Source: an uncultured Actinomycetota bacterium
GTDB lineage: Bacteria; Actinomycetota; Actinomycetes; Propionibacteriales; Nocardioidaceae
Assembly: GCA_963708035.1 (NCBI GenBank)
Contig: OY970188.1
Coordinates: 291,233-355,232, forward strand
Direction of reading: 5' to 3'
DNA: 64,000 bases
Made by a program: the position numbers and the translations under genes
Notes under the pieces: model-generated
The model's input: only the letters and a program-made list of their open reading frames with translations
The model's database searches: none
Told to the model about the DNA's origin: nothing
Shown: positions 22,594-33,583 of the stretch, piece after piece
How the letters are laid out: each line of letters starts with the position of its first letter
Numbering within the stretch: the first letter of the stretch is position 1

Positions 22594-23943
22594 ATGTCCC
22601 GAAGCTCCACCCGTCGCCACGTCGCGGCCCTGTCGGCGATCGTCGCCATCGGCGCCTTGGCGCTCGCCGGCTGCGGGAGCGACAGCTCGTCGAACGCGGG
22701 TACGGGGTCGGCCGACGCCGGCCCGTGCGGCACGACCGACGACACCACGTTGACCGTCGGCCTCTTCGGCACCTTCGGCTTCAAGGAGGCGGGTCTCTGG
22801 GACGCCTACAAGAAGGTCTGCCCGAACATCACGATCAAGGAGGACGTCGTCGAGCAGTCGGCGGACTACTGGACCCGGCTCAAGACCCGGCTCGCCTCGG
22901 GCAGCGGGCTCGACGACGTCCAGGCGATCGAGATCGGGTTCGTGGCCGACGTCGTGCAGAACCACGCCGACCAGTTCGTGAACTGGAACCAGGTCCCGAA
23001 CGCCGCCGCCGACAAGGCCGAGTTCTACGACTGGAAGTGGCAGCTCGCCTCGACCTCGGACGGCGCCACGACGGTCGGGCTCGGCACCGACATCGGCCCG
23101 GAGGCGATCTGCTACCGCAGCGACCTGCTGAAGCAGGCCGGCCTCCCGTCCGACCCGACGACGCTCGCCCAGAAGTGGAGCACGTGGGACGACTTCATCG
23201 ACTTCGGCAAGCAGTACGAGGCGTCGTCCTCCAAGCCCTCCGGGTCACACTTCGTGGACAGCGCGGCGAGCGTCTTCTCGACGGCCGTCTACCAGGGCAA
23301 CGAGGCCTACGACAACGCCGACGGGCAGCCCGACGTGGAGGGCAGCGACGGCGTCAAGGCCGCATGGGGCTACGCGAGCCAGGCCGCGCAGGACGGCATC
23401 ACCGCGGGGCTGCAGCAGTTCACGCCCGCCTGGAACAAGGCGTTCTCGAGCGGCGCCTTCGCCGCGCTCGCCTGCCCCACCTGGATGATGGGCTACATCC
23501 AGGGCCAGGCCGGTGACGACTACGCCGGCAAGTGGGACATCGCGCCCGTGCTGCCCGGCGGCGCCACGAACTGGGGCGGGTCCTGGCTCGGTGTGCCGGA
23601 CAAGGCCGCCCACCGCGACGCGGCGATCGCCCTCGTCGAGTGGCTCTCGGCCAAGGATCAGCAGGTGACCATGTGGAAGGACGGCGGTCACTTCCCGTCG
23701 AACTCCGACGCGGCGGCCGCTCCGGCGGTCAGCGGTGCGACCAGCGCGTACTTCAGCAACGCGCCGGTGGGCCAGATCTTCGGCGGCATCGCGCAGCAGA
23801 TGAAGATCCCGCCGATCGGTCTCTACGACACGCAGATCCAGCAGGCGCTGACGACCCAGCTGACCAACGTCGAGACCAAGGGCACGTCGCCCGACGACGC
23901 GTTCAACGACGCGCTCGACGCGATCAAGCAGATCACGGGCTGA
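22594..23943 (+). CDS. Sugar ABC solute-binding lipoprotein (CebE-like)
   Basis: Lipobox LAGC; GLGTDIGPEAICYR, NWGGSWL. Confidence 0.9.
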   Translation: MSRSSTRRHVAALSAIVAIGALALAGCGSDSSSNAGTGSADAGPCGTTDDTTLTVGLFGTFGFKEAGLWDAYKKVCPNITIKEDVVEQSADYWTRLKTRLASGSGLDDVQAIEIGFVADVVQNHADQFVNWNQVPNAAADKAEFYDWKWQLASTSDGATTVGLGTDIGPEAICYRSDLLKQAGLPSDPTTLAQKWSTWDDFIDFGKQYEASSSKPSGSHFVDSAASVFSTAVYQGNEAYDNADGQPDVEGSDGVKAAWGYASQAAQDGITAGLQQFTPAWNKAFSSGAFAALACPTWMMGYIQGQAGDDYAGKWDIAPVLPGGATNWGGSWLGVPDKAAHRDAAIALVEWLSAKDQQVTMWKDGGHFPSNSDAAAAPAVSGATSAYFSNAPVGQIFGGIAQQMKIPPIGLYDTQIQQALTTQLTNVETKGTSPDDAFNDALDAIKQITG

Positions 23944-23949
23944 GCGCCG

Positions 23950-23987
23950 GCCGGGCCGCCGCGCTCCCTCCGTGCCGGCGGCCCGGC
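23950..23987 (+). terminator. Intercistronic stem-loop after the binding-protein gene
   Basis: 12-bp perfect stem gccgggccgccg / cggcggcccggc with a 14-nt loop. Confidence 0.65.
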
Positions 23988-24080
23988 CCCACTCCCGTAC
24001 GACACTCCCGTACGCCCCCCGACACGACCCGCTGCGATGGCCTGTGACGTGGCCGAGGAAATGGCCTAGGAAGGGTGACC

Positions 24081-25103
24081 ATGACCGTCCTGTCGCAGTC
24101 CGACGTGCAGAGCGGCGAGGGAACCCTTCGGGTCGGCGCCCCGCGCCGAGCCCCTCGCCGCGCCCGGGGCCTGATCCCGGGGAGCCGCATCGCGTACGTG
24201 TACGTGCTGCCGTTCTTCCTGGTCTTCGCCGCCTTCAGCGTCTACCCGTGGGTGGCGACGGCCTGGGTCTCCCTGCACGACACCAGGTTGTCGACGTACA
24301 ACCAGTCGAGCTGGATCGGCCTGGAGAACTACCACAACCTCTTCACCAACAAGTTCTTCTGGCACGCGTTCCGCAACACCATCACGATCGGGATCATCTC
24401 CACGGTCCCGCAGCTGTGCATGGCGCTCGGCATCGCGCACCTGCTCAACTACCGGCTCCGCGGCCGGACGTTCTTCCGGGTCGCGATCCTGATGCCGTAC
24501 GCGACCAGCCTGGCGGCGGCGACCGTGATCTTCGCCGAGCTCTTCGACCCGAACCTCGGGCTGGTCAACTGGTCGCTGAGCACCCTCCACCTGCCCACGG
24601 TCGACTGGCAGGGGTCCACCTGGCCGTCCCAGATCGCGGTGTCGGCGATCGTGACCTGGCGGTGGACGGGCTACAACGCGCTGATCTACCTGGCCGGCAT
24701 GCAGGCGATCAACACCGAGCTCTACGAGGCGGCCGCGATGGACGGCGCCGGCCGGTGGGGGCAGTTCCGCCACGTCACGCTGCCGGGGCTGCGGCCGACG
24801 ATCCTGTTCACGATCGTGGTCTCCACCATCGGCGCCGCGCAGCTGTTCGGGGAGCCGCTGCTCTACCACAACGGCCTGCCCGACGGCGGCACGCAGAACC
24901 AGTACCAGACCCTGGGCCTGCTGATGTACCAGCAGGGCTGGACCAACGACCGGCTCGGTCTCGCCTCCGCCACGGCCTGGACGATGTTCCTGATCATCGT
25001 GGTCGCGGTCGGCGTCAACCTCCTGCTGGCCCGCCGACGCGAGCGCCGCGAGGGGCGGCGCGGCTCGATCGTCGCGGCGGTCCCCGAGGTGGTGGCCCGA
25101 TGA
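24081..25103 (+). CDS. Sugar ABC permease (CebF-like)
   Basis: EAA loop LYEAAAMDGAG; multiple TM segments. Confidence 0.92.
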   Translation: MTVLSQSDVQSGEGTLRVGAPRRAPRRARGLIPGSRIAYVYVLPFFLVFAAFSVYPWVATAWVSLHDTRLSTYNQSSWIGLENYHNLFTNKFFWHAFRNTITIGIISTVPQLCMALGIAHLLNYRLRGRTFFRVAILMPYATSLAAATVIFAELFDPNLGLVNWSLSTLHLPTVDWQGSTWPSQIAVSAIVTWRWTGYNALIYLAGMQAINTELYEAAAMDGAGRWGQFRHVTLPGLRPTILFTIVVSTIGAAQLFGEPLLYHNGLPDGGTQNQYQTLGLLMYQQGWTNDRLGLASATAWTMFLIIVVAVGVNLLLARRRERREGRRGSIVAAVPEVVAR

Positions 25104-25975
25104 GCGGCACGGCGAGGGGCACGGCGAGGGTCACCGCGAGGGGCGCGGCGAACGGGGGCGTCCTGCGCGCGAGCTGGGTGACCTACGCCGTGATCTGGGT
25201 GGTCACCCTGGTCTCGGTCTTCCCGCTCTACTACACGATCGTGATGGCGTCGCACACGAACGCCGAGATGGCGGCCCGGACCCCGCCGATCCTCCCGAAC
25301 GCCTCGGTCTTCGGCAACATCAAGAAGGCGCTGGAGCTGGCTCCACTGAACAAGGGCCTGATCAACTCGCTGCTCGTGTCCGGGAGCCTCGCGCTCGGGA
25401 CCGTGGCCCTGAGCACGCTGGCCGGGTTCGCCTTCGCCAAGCTGCGCTTCCGCGGCTCGAACATCCTGCTCGTGATCTGCGTGGCGACGATGATGGTGCC
25501 GCTGCAGATGGGCGTCATCCCGCTCTACATGCTGATGGCGAAGCTCGGCCTGGCCGGTCACCTCAGCGCCGTGATCCTGCCGGGCCTGTGCACGGCGTTC
25601 GGGGTCTTCTTCATGCGGCAGTACGTCGCGAGCGCGGTGCCCGACGAGCTGATCGAGGCCGCGTACATGGACGGCGCCACCCCGTTCCGGGTGTTCCGCT
25701 CCGTCGTGCTGCCGGCGGTGCGGCCGGCGATGGCCGTGCTCGGGATGCTCACGTTCCTGATGGCCTGGAACGACTTCTTCTGGCCGATCATCGTGCTGAG
25801 CTCGCAGAACCCCACCATCCAGGTGTCGTTCCAGAGCCTCGCCACGGGCTACGCACCGCAGCAGTCCATCGTCATGGCCGGGACTCTCTACGGCACCGTC
25901 CCGGTGCTCATCGTCTTCGCGCTGCTCGGCAGGCAGATCGTCGGCGGCATCATGCAAGGAGCGGTCAAAGGGTGA
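25100..25975 (+). CDS. Sugar ABC permease (CebG-like)
   Basis: PDELIEAAYMDGA, AWNDFFWP; ATGA overlap with the previous gene. Confidence 0.92.
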   Translation: MSGTARGTARVTARGAANGGVLRASWVTYAVIWVVTLVSVFPLYYTIVMASHTNAEMAARTPPILPNASVFGNIKKALELAPLNKGLINSLLVSGSLALGTVALSTLAGFAFAKLRFRGSNILLVICVATMMVPLQMGVIPLYMLMAKLGLAGHLSAVILPGLCTAFGVFFMRQYVASAVPDELIEAAYMDGATPFRVFRSVVLPAVRPAMAVLGMLTFLMAWNDFFWPIIVLSSQNPTIQVSFQSLATGYAPQQSIVMAGTLYGTVPVLIVFALLGRQIVGGIMQGAVKG

Positions 25976-27330
25976 GTGAGAGTTTTCCTCCGGACTTCGT
26001 CTGGGGCGTCGCGACGTCGGCGTACCAGATCGAGGGCGCGGTCGCCGAGGGCGGCCGGGGACCCAGCATCTGGGACACGTTCAGCCACACGCCGGGCGCC
26101 GTGGACAACGACGACACGGGCGACGAGGCCTGCGACCACTACCACCGGTGGCGCGACGATCTCGACCTGATGGTCGAGCTCGGCATCCGGTCGTACCGCT
26201 TCTCGGTGGCCTGGCCCCGGGTGATGCCGGACGGACGCACCGTCAACCAGGAGGGTCTGGACTTCTACCGTCGGCTCGTCGACGGCCTGCTCGAGCGGGG
26301 CATCCGGCCGCTGATGACGCTCTACCACTGGGACCTGCCGCAGAGTCTCGACGTCGGTGACGCCGGGGGCTGGCTCTCGCGCGACCTGCCGGACCGGTTC
26401 GTGGACTACGCGCTGGTGCTCGGCAAGGAGCTCGGCGACCGGGTGCGCGCCGTCACCACGCTGAACGAGCCCTGGTGCTCGGCGTACCTCGGCTACGCCA
26501 GCGGCGAGCACGCCCCGGGCCTGATGAACGACGCCCTCGCCTACCGCGCCGCCCATCACCTCAACCTCGCCCACGGCCGTGCCGTGACCGCCCTGCGCGA
26601 CGTGCTCCCGTCGGGGGCCGACGTGTCGGTGGCGCTGAACCTGCACCAGGTCGAGGCCGCCTCCGACCGTGCCGAGGACGTCGCCGCCGTCCAGCACGTC
26701 GACCTGATCGCGAACCGGATGTTCCTGGACCCGATGTTCGCCGGTGGGTACTCCGACGAGCTGCGGGCCACGACGGCCGGCCTCACCGACTGGTCCTTCG
26801 TGCGGCCCGGCGACGAGGCGGAGATCGGCGTCCCGGTCGACTCGATCGGGCTGAACTTCTACAACCCGAGCCGGATCAGCGCCCACCCGGTGGCCTCGGG
26901 CGGCATGCCGTTCCCGGGCACGCACCGCGCGTTCTTCGCCGACATCCCGGGCCCGCGGACGGTGATGGGCTGGCCGATCGTGCCCTCGGGGCTCACCGAG
27001 CTCCTGCTCCGCGTGCAGCGCGACATCGGGCTGCCCATCCACGTGACCGAGAACGGCCTCGGCGCCCACGACGTCCTCGAGGGCGGCACCGTCCACGACC
27101 AGGAGCGCATCGGCTACCTGCGTGACCACCTGGGGGCGGTGCTGGCCGCACTGCGACAGGGCGTCGACGTGCGCGGCTACTACGTGTGGACCCTGCTGGA
27201 CAACTTCGAGTGGGCGTGGGGATACGAGAAGCGGTTCGGGCTCGTCCACGTCGACTTCGCCGACCAGCGGCGCACCCTCAAGGACTCCGCCCGCTGGTAC
27301 GCCGAGGTGATCGAGCGGCACGGGTTGTGA
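25972..27330 (+). CDS. GH1 beta-glucosidase
   Basis: FVWGVATSAYQIEG, acid/base TLNEP, nucleophile VTENG, DNFEWAWGY. Confidence 0.95.
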   Translation: MSESFPPDFVWGVATSAYQIEGAVAEGGRGPSIWDTFSHTPGAVDNDDTGDEACDHYHRWRDDLDLMVELGIRSYRFSVAWPRVMPDGRTVNQEGLDFYRRLVDGLLERGIRPLMTLYHWDLPQSLDVGDAGGWLSRDLPDRFVDYALVLGKELGDRVRAVTTLNEPWCSAYLGYASGEHAPGLMNDALAYRAAHHLNLAHGRAVTALRDVLPSGADVSVALNLHQVEAASDRAEDVAAVQHVDLIANRMFLDPMFAGGYSDELRATTAGLTDWSFVRPGDEAEIGVPVDSIGLNFYNPSRISAHPVASGGMPFPGTHRAFFADIPGPRTVMGWPIVPSGLTELLLRVQRDIGLPIHVTENGLGAHDVLEGGTVHDQERIGYLRDHLGAVLAALRQGVDVRGYYVWTLLDNFEWAWGYEKRFGLVHVDFADQRRTLKDSARWYAEVIERHGL

Positions 27331-27384
27331 ACCGCCGCTGCGGGCGCTCTACGCTCGCAGCACCATGACCGCGAGGACCCCGCG

Positions 27385-28422
27385 ATGAGCCGTTACGCGC
27401 TGCTCGTCTCGCCGTCGGCCAACCGTGTCTACGCCCGCGCCGCCGCGGACCTCACCGTCGCGGAGCTCGGCGTGCTCGGCGAGACCGTGCTCGCCGACCG
27501 GCTCGGCGACGTACGGCCGGAGCAGGTCGCCGGCGTCGACTACGTCGGCTTCGACGGCGACCTCGACGAGCCGGCCCTCGGTCACCTCGGCAACGTCTCC
27601 ACGGCTCTCGCGCTCTTCGAGCGCACCTCGGACGACGCGTTCCGACCGGTGACGCTCCACCGCCTGGACTGCCTCGACGACGACCTGCTGACGATCCTGA
27701 AGTACTCCGGCAAGACCAACGAGCTGTTCACCAAGCTCCTGCTCAACGTCACGGTGCTGGCCTCGCAGAGCGCCGGCCGGATGCTCGCGGACCGGCTGCG
27801 GGTGCTCGACCCGCTCTGCGGCCGGGGGACGACGCTGAACCAGGTGCTGATGTACGGCTGGCACGCCTCCGGTGTCGACCGCGACCCGAAGGACTTCGAC
27901 GCCTACGCCGCGTTCCTGCCGCGCTGGCTGAAGGACAAGCGCCTCAAGCACACCGCGACCACGGCCCGGTTGCGTCGCGACGGCGCATCCTTGGGCCGTC
28001 GGCTCGACGTCGAGCTGGCCACCTCCAAGGAGGCGTGGGCCGCCGGCGACACCATCACGCTGTCGGCCGCCCTCGCCGACACCCGCGCGACCGCCGACAT
28101 CTTCCGGGCCGCCAGCGTCGACGCGGTCGTCACCGACGCGCCGTACGGCGTCCAGCACGGCAGCCGGAGCGGCGAGGGCGACCTCCAGCGGCGACCGCTC
28201 GAGCTGCTCTCCGAGGCGCTGCCCGGGTGGGTGCGCGTGCTGCGGCCGGGTGGCGCCGTCGGGATCGCCGTGAACACCCGCACCTGCCCGCGCGAGGAGG
28301 CGCTCTCGCTCCTGGCCGAGGCGGGGCTGGAGCCACGCGACACCCCGGCGTACCGCGGCTTCGCGCACCGGGTGGACCAGGCGATCCTGCGGGACGTCGT
28401 CGTCGCCACCAAGTCGGTCTAA
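27385..28422 (+). CDS. TRM11-like SAM-dependent methyltransferase
   Basis: YSGKTNELFT, VLDPLCGRGTTL, VVTDAPYG. Confidence 0.8.
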   Translation: MSRYALLVSPSANRVYARAAADLTVAELGVLGETVLADRLGDVRPEQVAGVDYVGFDGDLDEPALGHLGNVSTALALFERTSDDAFRPVTLHRLDCLDDDLLTILKYSGKTNELFTKLLLNVTVLASQSAGRMLADRLRVLDPLCGRGTTLNQVLMYGWHASGVDRDPKDFDAYAAFLPRWLKDKRLKHTATTARLRRDGASLGRRLDVELATSKEAWAAGDTITLSAALADTRATADIFRAASVDAVVTDAPYGVQHGSRSGEGDLQRRPLELLSEALPGWVRVLRPGGAVGIAVNTRTCPREEALSLLAEAGLEPRDTPAYRGFAHRVDQAILRDVVVATKSV

Positions 28423-28431
28423 CCTGACGTC

Positions 28432-29047
28432 ATGAGCCAGCAGGACCCCGCGCAGCTGCGCATCTCGGACGCGGACCGGCACCAGGTGGCCGAGGTGCTG
28501 CGCGAGGCGGCGGGTGAGGGCCGCATCGACTTCGAGGAGCTCGACGAGCGGCTCGAGGCGACGTACGCCGCGCGGACGTACGCCGACCTGGTGCCGATCA
28601 CGGTCGACCTCCCGGTCCAGACCGCCGCCAAGCTGCCGATGCTGCCGGCGCCCGCGACGCCGCCGACCGTCGTGCCGGGGGCCGCGCATGAGAAGCACCT
28701 CGCGATCATGAGCGGCCTCGAGCGCAAGGGCGTGTGGGTCGTGCCGCAGCACCTCACCGTCAACTGCTTCATGGGGGGCGCCGACCTCGACCTGCGGCGC
28801 GCGCAGTTCGCCGCGCGCGAGGTGGTGATCACGATCAACGCCGTCATGGGTGGTGCCGACATCAAGGTGAACCCGCAGACCCAGGTGATCATGGAGGGCA
28901 CCGGGATCATGGGTGGCTACAGCGGCCCCTCCGACTCGACACCGCCCGAGCTGGACGCGAACAGCCCCATTGTGCGCATCCGTGGCTTCGCCCTGATGGG
29001 CGGCGTGAGCGTGTCACGCCGCCCCGCGTTCGGTCAGGAGCGCTCGC

Positions 29048-29061
<14 letters not shown>
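28432..29061 (+). CDS. DUF1707 (SHOCT-like) protein with LiaF-like C-terminus
   Basis: LRISDADR...EGRIDFEELDERL; FMGGADLDLR, VMGGADI. Confidence 0.85.
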
Positions 29062-30313
<1,252 letters not shown>

Positions 30314-30317
30314 TGGA

Positions 30318-31169
30318 TCAACCCTTCACTGCGCCGGAGGTCAGACCGGCGACGATTCTGCGCTGGAACAACAGGACGATGACGATCACCGGGATCGTGA
30401 CGATCACGGAGGCCGTGGCGAGCTGGACGTACGGCGGGTTGAACGGGTCCGGTCCCACGAAGAACGACATCTGGGCGGGCACCGTGCGGGTGGTCGTCGT
30501 CGACGTCAGCGAGAGCGCGAGCACGAACTCGTTCCACGCGAAGAAGAACGTGAGGATCGCCGCGGTGAACACCCCCGGCGCCGCCAGCGGGACGATCACC
30601 TTGCGGAAGGCCTGCCACGAGGTGGCGCCGTCCACCTGGGCCGCCTGTTCCATCTCCCACGGGATCTCGCGGAAGAAGGCCGAGAGCGTCCAGATCGCCA
30701 GCGGCAGGGTGAACGTCATGTAGGGGATGATCAGGCCCGGCCAGGTGTTGAACAGGTGGAACGTGCGCCACATGTCGAACAGCGGGCCGACCAGCGACAC
30801 GACCGGGAACATCGCGATCGCCAGTGCCAGCGAGAGCACCAGGCGCTTGCCCCGGAACTCCAGCCGCGCGATGGCGTACGCCGCGAGGGTCGCGATCATC
30901 ACCGCCAGGATGGTGGCGACGATCGAGATGCCGAACGAGTTCCGCAGCGAGGCGAGGAAGTCGTGCGACGTGCTCTTGTCGGAGGTGAAGCCGAGGAGCA
31001 CCTTGTAGTTGTCCCACGTCGCGTTCTGCGGCAGGAAGTGCGGGCTGCCGACCGAGGTCTCGTCGAGCGACTTGAACGACAGCGAGACGATCCACGCCAC
31101 GGGCAGGAGGCACCACACGAGGATCACGATGAAGCCGATCCAGGTGCCGACTCCGATCTTCCGGTTCAT
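30318..31169 (-). CDS. sugB: Sugar ABC permease (SugB-like)
   Basis: IPWEMEQAAQVDGA, FAWNEF. Confidence 0.8.
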   Translation of the reverse strand: MNRKIGVGTWIGFIVILVWCLLPVAWIVSLSFKSLDETSVGSPHFLPQNATWDNYKVLLGFTSDKSTSHDFLASLRNSFGISIVATILAVMIATLAAYAIARLEFRGKRLVLSLALAIAMFPVVSLVGPLFDMWRTFHLFNTWPGLIIPYMTFTLPLAIWTLSAFFREIPWEMEQAAQVDGATSWQAFRKVIVPLAAPGVFTAAILTFFFAWNEFVLALSLTSTTTTRTVPAQMSFFVGPDPFNPPYVQLATASVIVTIPVIVIVLLFQRRIVAGLTSGAVKG

Positions 31170-32113
31170 CAGTTCTCTCCCCTCGCCTGGGCCAGGTCGA
31201 CCCGGAAGAACTTCACGATGAGGTACGCCAGCAGCAGCACGGTGATGAACAGCAGCACCGAGAGCGCCGAGCCCATGCCGAGCTGGAACTGCTCGATCGA
31301 CTGGCGATAGGTGAGGAACGAGGACGACTCGGTGTTCTGAGCCCCCTTCGTCATGATGAAGATGTTGTCGAAGATGCGGAACGCGTCGAGCGCGCGGAAG
31401 AGCACCGCGACCATGATCGCGGCCCGCATGTTCGGCAGGATCACCTTGAAGAGCCGCTGGCTGGCCGTGGCCCCGTCGACCTTGGCGGCCTCGAGCATGT
31501 CCTCCGAGATCTGCGAGAGACCGGCCAGCAGCAGCAGCGCCATGAACGGCGTGGTCTTCCAGATCTCGCTGACCATGATCGCGAACATCGCGTGCCAGTG
31601 GTCGCCGTACCAGTTGGTCGAGTTCGAGATGCCCGGCAGCCAGTTGAACCAGGAGTTCACCCAGCCGTTGTTGATCGAGAAGGTGAACTGCCAGGCGAAG
31701 GCCGAGACCACGGTGATGATGCCGTAGGGGATCAGGATCGCCGTGCGCATCACGCCTCTGGCGAAGATGATCCGGTGCATCACCATCGCGAAGGCGAAGC
31801 CGATCACCAGCTCGATCGCCACCGTGACCAGCATGATCAGCACGGTGTTGAGCGTGTCCTTCCAGAACAGCGAGTCGGTGAGGATCACGCCGTAGTTGCC
31901 GAACCCCACGAACGCCTTGTCGTCGGGGGTGGTCAGGCGGTACCGGAACAGCGAGAGGTACAGCGCCTGGATCATCGGGTACGCCGTCACCAGCACCATC
32001 AGGATCAGTGCGGGTGCGACGAGCTTCTGGCCGAGCCGGTTCTCGGCGACCGAGCGGTCCGACATGCCGCCCGTGTCCACCGCCGCCGGCGGGCGGGAGA
32101 GTGTGGTCGTCAC
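31169..32113 (-). CDS. sugA: Sugar ABC permease (SugA-like)
   Basis: LVAPALILMVLVTAYPM, WKTTPFMALLLLAGL, EAAKVDGA. Confidence 0.8.
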   Translation of the reverse strand: MTTTLSRPPAAVDTGGMSDRSVAENRLGQKLVAPALILMVLVTAYPMIQALYLSLFRYRLTTPDDKAFVGFGNYGVILTDSLFWKDTLNTVLIMLVTVAIELVIGFAFAMVMHRIIFARGVMRTAILIPYGIITVVSAFAWQFTFSINNGWVNSWFNWLPGISNSTNWYGDHWHAMFAIMVSEIWKTTPFMALLLLAGLSQISEDMLEAAKVDGATASQRLFKVILPNMRAAIMVAVLFRALDAFRIFDNIFIMTKGAQNTESSSFLTYRQSIEQFQLGMGSALSVLLFITVLLLAYLIVKFFRVDLAQARGEN

Positions 32114-33420
32114 AACAGCTTCTTTCCGGTCAGGACGTCATGGATGAAGGTGGCGGAGTCGCCGGGAGTCGAGCTGTTGACGCTCGACGGCGGGTGCCAC
32201 GTGCTCTGGATCGCTCCGGAGATGTCGCTCCAGTACGGCGTGACCGTGCGGGGCGCGGCGGCGTTCACGCTGTCCTCGAAGAGCTTGATCAGGTCCGGCG
32301 GGAAGAGCTTCTGGATCTGCGGGTCCTGGTAGCCGGCCGGGCTGGCCGGCATGTTCCCGGTGATCGCGGCCTGCGTGGCCTGCTGCTTCGGCTCCACCAG
32401 GCACGCCGCGGCCTGGTTGGCATCGGCGATGTGGTTGGAGTAGGAGCTGACGCCGATGCCGATGCCGCCGTACGGAGGACGAGCGGTCTCGCCCTGCACC
32501 GTCTCGGGGTACATCGCGTAGCCGATGTCCTTGGCGACATCGGGCTGGGTGGCGTCGTAGTTGTGCCAGATGTAGGTCCAGTTCACCATGAAGGCACCGT
32601 TGCCGGCGCCGAAGGCGGAGCCGGCCTGGCCCTCCTGGGCGATCGACAGGTCGGGCGGTGCTGCTTTGGAGTGGGCGAGCTCCTCGATCACCTGGGCGGC
32701 GTCGTCGCCGGCCTTGCTGTTGATCGTCACGTCGGCGTCGACGCCCTTGGACGCGTCGGTGACCAGGTTGCCGCCGGCTCCGGAGATGAGGGCGTTGATC
32801 CAGACGACGTAGCCCTCGTACTTGTTGGCCTGCACCGCCACGGTGCCGCCGTGGTCGGCTGCCGCCTTGATGATCTGGTCCCAGGTGACCGGCTGGGTCA
32901 TGTCGATGCCGGCCTTCTGGGCGAACGACTTGCGGTACCAGAGCACCTGGGTGTTGGACCAGAACGGGTAGACGACGAGCTGGTTGTTCCAAGTGGCGGC
33001 GTCGGTCGCACCTTTGAACGACTGCGCCTTGAGCTTGGCCTGCTCGTCCTGGGGGATCGGCGCCAGCAGGCCGCCGTTGGCGAACTCCGCGGTGTACGGC
33101 GGGTCGATGCTCATCAGGTCGATGCCCGAGTCATGCGCCTCCAGCCGGCGGGCGAGCTGCACGCGCTGCTGGTTGGCGTCCTGGGGGAGCGTCTGGGTCG
33201 TGATCGTGTACTGGTCGGTGCTGCAGGTCTTGGCGATCGCCGCCTGCCCACCGCTGTCGGGGTTGATGTACCAGACCAACGTGGTCTTGCCGCCGCTTCC
33301 GCACGCCGTGAGCAGACCGGCGGCAGTGGCGAGCGCGGCGAGGCTGCCGGCGAGACGCCGGCGTGTGCCCGAGTGACCGAGGGGGACGAGGCCCCCCCGA
33401 GATCGCTTGGGGACGTGCAT
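32110..33420 (-). CDS. lpqY: Solute-binding lipoprotein (LpqY-like, trehalose-type)
   Basis: Lipobox LTAC; QRVQLARRL, QANKYEGYVVW, PRTVTPYW; first gene in lpqY-sugA-sugB-sugC order. Confidence 0.7.
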   Translation of the reverse strand: MHVPKRSRGGLVPLGHSGTRRRLAGSLAALATAAGLLTACGSGGKTTLVWYINPDSGGQAAIAKTCSTDQYTITTQTLPQDANQQRVQLARRLEAHDSGIDLMSIDPPYTAEFANGGLLAPIPQDEQAKLKAQSFKGATDAATWNNQLVVYPFWSNTQVLWYRKSFAQKAGIDMTQPVTWDQIIKAAADHGGTVAVQANKYEGYVVWINALISGAGGNLVTDASKGVDADVTINSKAGDDAAQVIEELAHSKAAPPDLSIAQEGQAGSAFGAGNGAFMVNWTYIWHNYDATQPDVAKDIGYAMYPETVQGETARPPYGGIGIGVSSYSNHIADANQAAACLVEPKQQATQAAITGNMPASPAGYQDPQIQKLFPPDLIKLFEDSVNAAAPRTVTPYWSDISGAIQSTWHPPSSVNSSTPGDSATFIHDVLTGKKLL

Positions 33421-33583
33421 GATGCGCTCCCTCCACGAAAGGTGAACTACGCCACGTCTAGTCGTTTCGGCAGGGCACCGCAAGCCTTGACGGATTCCGT
33501 TGCGTGTGCGTGCGGGTTCCGCGGAGCGCGCGGGGGCGAGGCCGTCTCACCTACTGGATCCTGAGTCCGGGACGCACGCCGCG

